This document shows, one piece after another, positions 55,793 through 62,684 of a stretch of 64,000 nucleotides of DNA (the first letter of the stretch is position 1; every line of letters starts with the position of its first letter). Below the pieces are notes generated by a model. That model was not told the DNA's origin. It did not search any database and was given only the letters and a program-made list of their open reading frames with translations. Position numbers and translations under genes: made by a program. The stretch is taken from positions 186,001-250,000 of IMG/VR virus record IMGVR_UViG_3300025141_000016. One strand, 5' to 3'.

Positions 55793-56794
55793 CTATCGAC
55801 CCGTTACCGAACGGCAACCTTGAAGGAGAGAGGCTACACAAGCCACCCATGGGGCAGGGATGCCTTTGAGTAGCCCTCGGTCGGTGAAGGCAAGATTTCT
55901 TACGAGTTGCTGGAGGGATTTTACCCCCCATTTTCTCGCAGCGGGGATGTGGTCACGACGAACGGCCCATTCGGGCACACCAATGCCGGAGGCGATCCTT
56001 TGCCCATCCCAACCTCGGGCCAGGAGCAGGGACACGCGGAGCCATTGATAAGCCAGATCAGCGGGGCCACCCCGAGCCCGCAATAGGAGCATCGTGGGGT
56101 CAGTGACACTCTTTGCTCGGATCTTGGCGAGGGCTTTCGCAACCCTTACCTCGTCTGCGTTGGCCAATGCTTCCCGTAAGGGTTGCATGTCGGCATCGGG
56201 GGATCCCCGAACGGTAGCGCGTACATGCTCCACTGTGATGGTGGGTGTTCCCTCTGACCTTGCCAGTGCAGATGCCTTGGCCACTTCAAACGCCAACGTC
56301 CCGAGATCGGTGCCCACCGCTTCGACCCAGCGTTCCCCGAGACGTGGATCGATAGCGTTCTTCTGGCCCATCAGACGTGCCGATTCGGCCACCATAAAAC
56401 GACCTGCCAACTTACGTTGGTCCTTACGTTGGGTGGGCCATTTGAAGATGGTCTGGTAAGCCCCGTGGATGGGGGCTGTGGCGGGAAGTTTCTTCTCATC
56501 CACGGCCCCCCTTGCGGTGAGGAGCAAGCATGTCTGGGAAGGCTTCCCCTCGACTTGGACTTTGACCGTCTCGGGGTTCGCGTTCTTGGCCTCGGCTACG
56601 ACAAAGGTGGGGAGTCCAAAGGTTGCCCCCATGGAGAGCGCAGCACAGATTTCATCGTCGTCAGCGGCATGAACCACCTCAAACCCGGCGACATGCGCTC
56701 CGAGTATCGCCTCGCGAACCCAGCGCCGTCGCACAAAAGCATTGTCCCCTCCCACAACCATGGCTGCGGGAGGCTTGGCCCAAGACAGCTTCAC
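55793..56794 (-). CDS. holA: DNA polymerase III delta-like clamp-loader subunit
   Basis: VGTDLGTLAFEVAK, ITVEHVR, IGVPEWAV, DRGLLKG match the HolA layout. Confidence 0.7.
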   Translation of the reverse strand: MKLSWAKPPAAMVVGGDNAFVRRRWVREAILGAHVAGFEVVHAADDDEICAALSMGATFGLPTFVVAEAKNANPETVKVQVEGKPSQTCLLLTARGAVDEKKLPATAPIHGAYQTIFKWPTQRKDQRKLAGRFMVAESARLMGQKNAIDPRLGERWVEAVGTDLGTLAFEVAKASALARSEGTPTITVEHVRATVRGSPDADMQPLREALANADEVRVAKALAKIRAKSVTDPTMLLLRARGGPADLAYQWLRVSLLLARGWDGQRIASGIGVPEWAVRRDHIPAARKWGVKSLQQLVRNLAFTDRGLLKGIPAPWVACVASLLQGCRSVTGR

Positions 56795-57405
56795 GGCATG
56801 GCCTCCATCAACGCGGAGGCTGCCACCAAGTGTGATCCCTTGCCGTCGAGGAGAGGGCGGATTGCAACCCAGGCACGCACCATCGCAGCATCTTCCGTGC
56901 CTCGTCTGGCCATGACCTCACTGAACCCCACCAAGAGGCCACCCCACTCTTTCTTGCGGTCATGCAGGATTTCCAGACAAGTAGCTGCGTCCCCTGCTTG
57001 GAACGCATCGAACAATCGCTCGGCGTGCTCATCGAGGAAGGGTGAAGCCCACTTTGCGTCTGGGGGGCACCATCGAGGGAGGGTGCGGGATTGGATGGTG
57101 CCCGTGACCCCGCCCAGGTAGTCAGCCCAGAGAATGACCCCCAGAGGTCCGTCTGCCAGATCCTCCAGGGTCTTCAAGAGAGCGTCGGAAGCCTCGGGGG
57201 TGGCACGGTCGATGGGACCAAGCACTACTACGGGAGGTCGGTCCCCAACCCCAGAGTTCCCAGCCAGTTCCACAACCCGTCGGGAGTCATCCACTTTGAG
57301 CCCATCGTCTCCGATGGGGTCGAGGATCATCCGTCCTGTCTCCCGTGCATGGGAGATGGCGAGCCCTCTGGCGAGGGGTCCATGAAACAAGATCGGAGTG
57401 CTCAT
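56791..57405 (-). CDS. holB: short DNA polymerase III delta'-like clamp-loader subunit
   Basis: ILFHGP, KVDDSR, ASDALLKTLED, TIQSRT; Walker A lysine absent. Confidence 0.7.
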   Translation of the reverse strand: MSTPILFHGPLARGLAISHARETGRMILDPIGDDGLKVDDSRRVVELAGNSGVGDRPPVVVLGPIDRATPEASDALLKTLEDLADGPLGVILWADYLGGVTGTIQSRTLPRWCPPDAKWASPFLDEHAERLFDAFQAGDAATCLEILHDRKKEWGGLLVGFSEVMARRGTEDAAMVRAWVAIRPLLDGKGSHLVAASALMEAMP

Positions 57406-57587
57406 CAGAACACAATCTGGAAGAGGCGCTTACACGTCAAGCACCGATAGCGGAGGGTCATCGGATTGATGCCCTTGGGGGGCTTGAAGACTTGGATGAG
57501 TTCTGATTGTCGGCCTTCACACGCTGCAACCGCTCGACAAGCGATCCATTCCACCTTGCCTACTACTGGTCCTTTGCGCTGTGCCAT
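57405..57587 (-). CDS. small Zn-ribbon protein
   Basis: C...C and CLTC; TGATG coupling. Confidence 0.6.
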   Translation of the reverse strand: MAQRKGPVVGKVEWIACRAVAACEGRQSELIQVFKPPKGINPMTLRYRCLTCKRLFQIVF

Positions 57588-57638
57588 TTGCCATCCTCGT
57601 GAGCACTACTACCCAGATGCGGTGCGGGCCAACCCCCC

Positions 57639-58175
57639 TCAATAGCCCGCGTTTTCAGCTACGACCTGAATGATGCCAGCCATCGCCTCGATGTACTCTT
57701 TTGATGCGTACAAGGGGGATGGCAGTTGGCGGGAGACGCGGGCCATTCCTGCATCGTCTCCCTCGGAGTAGACAACCTCTCCGTCAGGACCGACCACATC
57801 ATTGGGGAGAGGCAACGGCTGACCCCATCCGCCGTCAGGTGAACTCACAACCACCCCATCGGTGACAGTGCGGGGAGAGAACTGCTTTGCCCACTGGAGA
57901 GTCCTCGCGTCAGACATGATGGGAACAACGACGTTCTCCCACTGGGTCCAGTGGACCCATATCGGGAGTGCCGACTCCAACGACTGTAGGGCTGGGGGCA
58001 GTTCCGCCAAAGGGATGACCTTCACCGCCAAGGAAGGAGCAGGTCGCCCGTTATTGGGAAACAACGGGCCAGCAAGACCTGTGGCTAACAGGTAGATGGT
58101 TCCAGGGAGGAGTTCTGCCAGTTCTGTGGCAGAACGGATCGGAGCCCTGCCCTTACGGTAGTCAGCCCTGCCCAT
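57639..58175 (-). CDS. hypothetical protein
   Basis: AGGAGG RBS. Confidence 0.7.
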   Translation of the reverse strand: MGRADYRKGRAPIRSATELAELLPGTIYLLATGLAGPLFPNNGRPAPSLAVKVIPLAELPPALQSLESALPIWVHWTQWENVVVPIMSDARTLQWAKQFSPRTVTDGVVVSSPDGGWGQPLPLPNDVVGPDGEVVYSEGDDAGMARVSRQLPSPLYASKEYIEAMAGIIQVVAENAGY

Positions 58176-58823
58176 GGTGAACCTCCTTTACAGGAGGGGA
58201 CGATAGACGATCTACGGAACGAAGGCGCAGTTGGACCCGGACAGCGAGTCCGTGATCGGAAAAGCGGAGTGGGATGGATAGGTGTAGGTGTATGGGTGGT
58301 GTTGCTACTACTACGGGAAGGAGTCTTTTGATGAAGGATCGGAGGATCATTATTGAGTGTCTGATTTATTTTGAATCGGTCAACCTAACGGTTTCCCTCT
58401 CCTAAACAGAGTCTATTGAGTCTGTCGTCCCCCTCCTGCGCCAGTGAGGGGGTAGAGGATGCCGAAGGTGAAGGATCCGATTTCCGAGCAGCACGCCTTT
58501 TGACTCCCTCTCTCCTTTCCCGAGGTGAGAGGGGTGGTGTCAAAAGGGCCGAGCGAAGACTGATCCCGAGAACCCGTCCCCTTTACAGGGGGGTGGGTCA
58601 ACCCTTGAAGTTCCGAATGGGAAAGAGCGAGCAAGCGGGGGTGTTCCTTACCCCTCGGGTTTCCCCGATCAAACAACCCAAAGATTCAGTCAAGCACCGA
58701 TCTGGCGACCGGCCTAAATGTCCCGTGAGTTTCTGACACCCCCTCCGAAGAGGGGGACTTACCGGGTAGGGTCTACTCGGATCGGGGGGTCTTCGCAACC
58801 CCCCTTCTCCGGGGAGGGGCGCT

Positions 58824-59135
58824 GTGTACCGATTATGGATTGTGGACCGGGATCTGAAACCGACCGTGCTGAGTGCGGCTTACCTGACCGTCCATGAGGC
58901 GATGGGGTCGGCAGCGCGTTTGATGAAGGGGTTTGGTGCCCCGGCGTTGGATGCCAGGAACATTCTGATGTGGGCAGGGAAGCCCAGCCTTGTGGTCTTT
59001 GACCCCACCTTTTCGGTCGTTGTGTCGGCGGTCATCGAGGGAGGTCAACTGGTGTCGAGTGGTGACGATCCTGTCCCCCTTGATCCTGACGACAACGTGG
59101 GTCCATGCCAGACGACCCCTTCAATCTCCGAGTAG
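58824..59135 (+). CDS. hypothetical protein
   Basis: GGAGG RBS before GTG. Confidence 0.5.
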   Translation: MYRLWIVDRDLKPTVLSAAYLTVHEAMGSAARLMKGFGAPALDARNILMWAGKPSLVVFDPTFSVVVSAVIEGGQLVSSGDDPVPLDPDDNVGPCQTTPSISE

Positions 59136-59150
59136 CGGTAGGAGCCCTAT
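59136..59150 (+). promoter_or_regulatory. class L promoter motif
   Basis: CGGT-AGGAGCC-CTAT, 29 nt before GTG 59179. Confidence 0.65.
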
Positions 59151-59178
59151 AGGTTCCGAGGGGTCAGGAGCCCTCATC

Positions 59179-60201
59179 GTGAATCACCCGGACCCCAAAC
59201 GAGTTGCTATCGCTGTGTCTCCGCAGCATCAGGCGGCTCGGGTAGCGGCTCGCTACGCCTCCTCCCCTCTGATAAAGGAGTTGGAGGAAGACTACCATTC
59301 CCTCTGGCATGACAAGCATGAAAGGGAGGACGGAAAGCCTCGGCTGTGCCCACTGAAAGCTGGGGTGCCCGATTGTGAGAAGATGACCCTCAAAGAGTTC
59401 GTTGCCAAGTGGAAGAGGCACGGGCTGAAGGCGGTAAAGGTCCAACGGCTTCCTACCACCTACTCCTACTATGACTGTGGGAGCCACGCCACGCTGCGGA
59501 CGGAACAGATCCATGGCAGCCGACTTTACCCCCAAGGCGACATCACGGTTGACTTGAACACCCCCATTCCTTGGAGCAAGGCGAAGAAAGGCGACTGGGT
59601 TCAATGGCCATGGCACCACGGAGTGGTGATTGATCCCAAGCGCAAGATTGTGGAGAGTTGTTGGGGGGTAGACGGATGGGTGTTTCAACACCCCGTAGAC
59701 CTTTCTACTTATGGGGCGAAGCCTACGGTTCATTCCGTGCATCCAAAAGAGAAGACCAAGACCGCCAGTTCTGATGGTCAGTGTATCGTCGGAGGCCAGT
59801 GCTTCCGCTACGCTGTCATGTGGGATGGCAAAGGCCCAGGATCATCCCCTGACGACATTGTTGTTCACGGGAACGTGCATGGCTTGGTCGGTCCTCACGC
59901 CTGGGTCGAGCGGAAGGACGGTCGCGTATTTGACTGGCAGACGGTTGAGGGGATCTGGGAGACGCTTGGCCGTCAACCTGACCCCAGCTACACCAAGCGC
60001 GGCTGGCCGAAGCGTGAGTTCTACGCGGAGTTCAAGCCGCGCAAGATGAAGCGGTACACCGCCGAAGACGCGCTGATCAACGGGATACGGAACCGGCACT
60101 ACGGTCCCTGGGACGCGGATGAGGAGTACCGTCCTCCAATCCGATCAGCATCGCGGGTTGCCGCTCGCTACTTGATGGCTTCTCGGCGGCAACGCCGGTA
60201 G
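59179..60201 (+). CDS. tag-B protein with two papain/transglutaminase-like (Cys-His-acid) domains
   Basis: AARVAARY; YDCGSHA...HHGVV...VESCWG; KTKTAS junction; GQCFRYA...PHAWVE...VFD; C-terminal SASRVAARY. Confidence 0.75.
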   Translation: MNHPDPKRVAIAVSPQHQAARVAARYASSPLIKELEEDYHSLWHDKHEREDGKPRLCPLKAGVPDCEKMTLKEFVAKWKRHGLKAVKVQRLPTTYSYYDCGSHATLRTEQIHGSRLYPQGDITVDLNTPIPWSKAKKGDWVQWPWHHGVVIDPKRKIVESCWGVDGWVFQHPVDLSTYGAKPTVHSVHPKEKTKTASSDGQCIVGGQCFRYAVMWDGKGPGSSPDDIVVHGNVHGLVGPHAWVERKDGRVFDWQTVEGIWETLGRQPDPSYTKRGWPKREFYAEFKPRKMKRYTAEDALINGIRNRHYGPWDADEEYRPPIRSASRVAARYLMASRRQRR

Positions 60202-60210
60202 CTTCTTTAT
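60196..60210 (+). promoter_or_regulatory. class L promoter motif (TTAT variant)
   Basis: CGGT-AGCTTCT-TTAT, 34 nt before ATG 60244. Confidence 0.55.
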
Positions 60211-60243
60211 CTCTCCGATAAGGTCAAGTACCGGAGACAACCC

Positions 60244-60693
60244 ATGTCCAAGACCCTTACTGGATCTGACCGTAAACGCCTCATCCGCCTTGCTTCTACC
60301 CTCCCCACGGGGTCAGATGAGCGGAAGGCTATCCTTGCTGGGCTTCACCATGTCGCCGTCCACAAGACCGCCTCCAAGAAGACCACCCTCTCGGCAGATT
60401 TGAAGTTGAAGGACGGGACCGTGTACGCGAAGGGATCGCGTGCAGAGGTGTTCTTCTCGGAGCGCAACCCCTCCATGTCCGAGGTGGAGATTGAGGGTAG
60501 GAAGATCAAACTCCGCACGGTCAGTCTCCACAAGTACCTCCGTGGTTTTCCAAAGCCCCCCTCCACGAGAGCCTTGCAGAAGATGGACAGTGAGGCTTCC
60601 GGGCCAACGGTCAGTGGGGTACGCAACGTCGAGATGGACGGCTATGGTCCCGATGGGTCACCCTCGTGGATGCTGGCCATGGGGCTCATCTGA
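60244..60693 (+). CDS. tag-A protein, hypothetical cargo
   Basis: MSKTLTGSDRKRLIRLASTLPTGSDERKAILAGL...HKTAS. Confidence 0.85.
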   Translation: MSKTLTGSDRKRLIRLASTLPTGSDERKAILAGLHHVAVHKTASKKTTLSADLKLKDGTVYAKGSRAEVFFSERNPSMSEVEIEGRKIKLRTVSLHKYLRGFPKPPSTRALQKMDSEASGPTVSGVRNVEMDGYGPDGSPSWMLAMGLI

Positions 60694-60773
60694 CCCTGTG
60701 CGCCTCGGTGGTCGCTCCGTGAAGGGGGTCAACCACCTACCGAATGTCCGTAGAGGGCACAACGGAGAATGGT

Positions 60774-61229
60774 ATGAGCGCATCCCCCCAGAAAGTAGCC
60801 GAGCGGTGGGCCTCCGAAGCCAAGTTCTTCCGTGGCCTCCACAGTCGCAACAAGGGCATCTTCTTTCGTGGGGCCAAGAACCCCGGTGCCGGTGGCGGGG
60901 CTGGCTTTGGTGCTCTGGGACGTGGCCTTTATCTCGCGTGGGACAAGGGGATCGCCCAGTTCTTTGCTGACCGAGCCGGGGGTCAGGTATACGCCTACAA
61001 GATTCCGTCCAGCCTCAAACTGCTCGATGCCCAGAGCAGCGAGATGGCGACGATCAAGGAAGGGATGGGATTCAAGCCCTGGCAGTATTCAGACGATCCC
61101 ATGTACGCCGCTGTCGTCACAGCCGAGGTAAAAGACCTTGGATACGACGGGGTGATCTCCGACAAAGCGGCAGATGGCCTTGTCTTGTTCGATCCCCGTA
61201 AAGCGAAGCTGGTGGACCTACCGGAGTGA
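60774..61229 (+). CDS. tag-B ADP-ribosyltransferase-like protein
   Basis: SPQKVAERW; FFRG...LGRGLYLA...GYDGVI...LVLFDP. Confidence 0.7.
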   Translation: MSASPQKVAERWASEAKFFRGLHSRNKGIFFRGAKNPGAGGGAGFGALGRGLYLAWDKGIAQFFADRAGGQVYAYKIPSSLKLLDAQSSEMATIKEGMGFKPWQYSDDPMYAAVVTAEVKDLGYDGVISDKAADGLVLFDPRKAKLVDLPE

Positions 61230-62384
61230 TGCAGCGACGGCGTAGGACTCGCCGGGAGCCTCGTCCAGAAGCCCCTGCTCACAGAGGTATGCGATTGCGC
61301 GGCGGGTGTCGGCAGCGTCGAGCCGGAGGTCTGACTGGATTTCCTCGCGGGTTGACCATGGCTCATCGGCCACGAGCCGCAGGATGCGTTCGGCGTTTCC
61401 AACGGTGACTGGACCGTCACGAAGAGACTTGCGAACTCGTCCGGCAAGGTGGGCTGCTCGGAGGGTGGAGACACCTTCGCTGGCAGCGATCTCATCGCGG
61501 GTAGCCCCAGCGATCAAAGCGTCGTAGACCCGCTGATAACGCTCGGCGGCTCCTCGGTGGGCAGCACGGACGAGAGCACGACCGCCTGTGGTCTGGATTG
61601 TGTCTTCGTCGGTGAGGATGAGCATATCTTCCGGGCTCGGGCTCCGAGAGATGATCACCTCATGGAGATCATCCTCGTCTCCCTCGTAGGCGACTTCCCA
61701 CTCGGTCCCCTGGTTGGCCCGCTGGCAAACGTACTCGGGGGATTCTGTCTCGACGCGAACTCGGATCTCGTGCTGGGTCCGTGCCCCACGCATCCGAGCG
61801 AGGGGTTCTGCGCCTCGGACGAAGACGCTGGAGAAGTGCTTGCGCTTCAGAAACTTGTAGAGCGTGGAGAGCGATACGGTGCCTTTCTCGGCCAGTGCCT
61901 TGTCGAAGGTGCCACCTGCGGCCCATTTGGCGATCCAGAGCCCCGTCAACGAGAGACATTCGGCGTAGTCTTCGGAGGGGTAGTCGCGGGAGAGCAGCGC
62001 GGCGAGTCGGCGGTCCAGGGCGCGGTCGCGCAGTTGGGCTTCCAGCCATTCTGATGAGGTCAGCGGTGCGGCTTCATCGACCAGGGAGGAGAGGTGGGTC
62101 GTCACCGTCTCGTGGTCGTCTGACCGGAGGTGGGAGAGCAGCCCAGCCGCGTCACCCTGGAGAGCAGACCAGAGGTCAGCGCAGAGGAGGGCTTGTGAGC
62201 CGGTGCCCCGGTAGCCGTTCTGGTTCACGGAGTCGCGTCGAACGATACTCCGTTTGCGGGCCGTGGCTTTGGCGAGGTCGGTGATCCCGGCTGCGACCAG
62301 CGATTCAACTTCGCTGGGAGTCTGGGGGGAAGCACCGTGGATGAGATCGAGCAGGGAGAGCAGGTATGAGAGTCGTCGGGTCAT
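61218..62384 (-). CDS. sigma-factor-like protein (region 4 HTH) with an extra C-terminal winged helix
   Basis: PSPEDML...RVYDALIAGATRDEIAASEGVS...RVRKSLR; STREEIQSDLRL...LCEQGLL. Confidence 0.6.
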   Translation of the reverse strand: MTRRLSYLLSLLDLIHGASPQTPSEVESLVAAGITDLAKATARKRSIVRRDSVNQNGYRGTGSQALLCADLWSALQGDAAGLLSHLRSDDHETVTTHLSSLVDEAAPLTSSEWLEAQLRDRALDRRLAALLSRDYPSEDYAECLSLTGLWIAKWAAGGTFDKALAEKGTVSLSTLYKFLKRKHFSSVFVRGAEPLARMRGARTQHEIRVRVETESPEYVCQRANQGTEWEVAYEGDEDDLHEVIISRSPSPEDMLILTDEDTIQTTGGRALVRAAHRGAAERYQRVYDALIAGATRDEIAASEGVSTLRAAHLAGRVRKSLRDGPVTVGNAERILRLVADEPWSTREEIQSDLRLDAADTRRAIAYLCEQGLLDEAPGESYAVAASLR

Positions 62385-62497
62385 GGGATTCCTTGGAGTT
62401 CCGATGCCAGCAAGCTGGACAGGATGGGTGAGTGGTTTTTGGTCGAGGACGGGGACGGTGCTCTTACCGAGCGGGTCAAGGTCTGCGACTTCTCAAC

Positions 62498-62526
62498 ATC
62501 CTATCCGCCGTGACCCTATGGGTCAA
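62498..62526 (-). promoter_or_regulatory. sigma70-like promoter for the 62384 gene
   Basis: TTGACC-N17-TAGGAT. Confidence 0.45.
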
Positions 62527-62625
62527 CCCCACCTTGGCCATCAAGTGGATCGAAGTGGGCCAGATGCGGCCCCGTGCCCCATGCTTATTTTTTGGCGGGG
62601 GGATCACCCCTGATCAGGGTGGTGT

Positions 62626-62640
62626 CGGTAGGTCGTCTAT
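62626..62640 (+). promoter_or_regulatory. class L promoter motif
   Basis: CGGT-AGGTCGT-CTAT, 45 nt before ATG 62685. Confidence 0.65.
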
Positions 62641-62684
62641 CTGGGTAGTGGGGGTAGAAGAGAAGTCCCTTTGGAGAGATCCCC

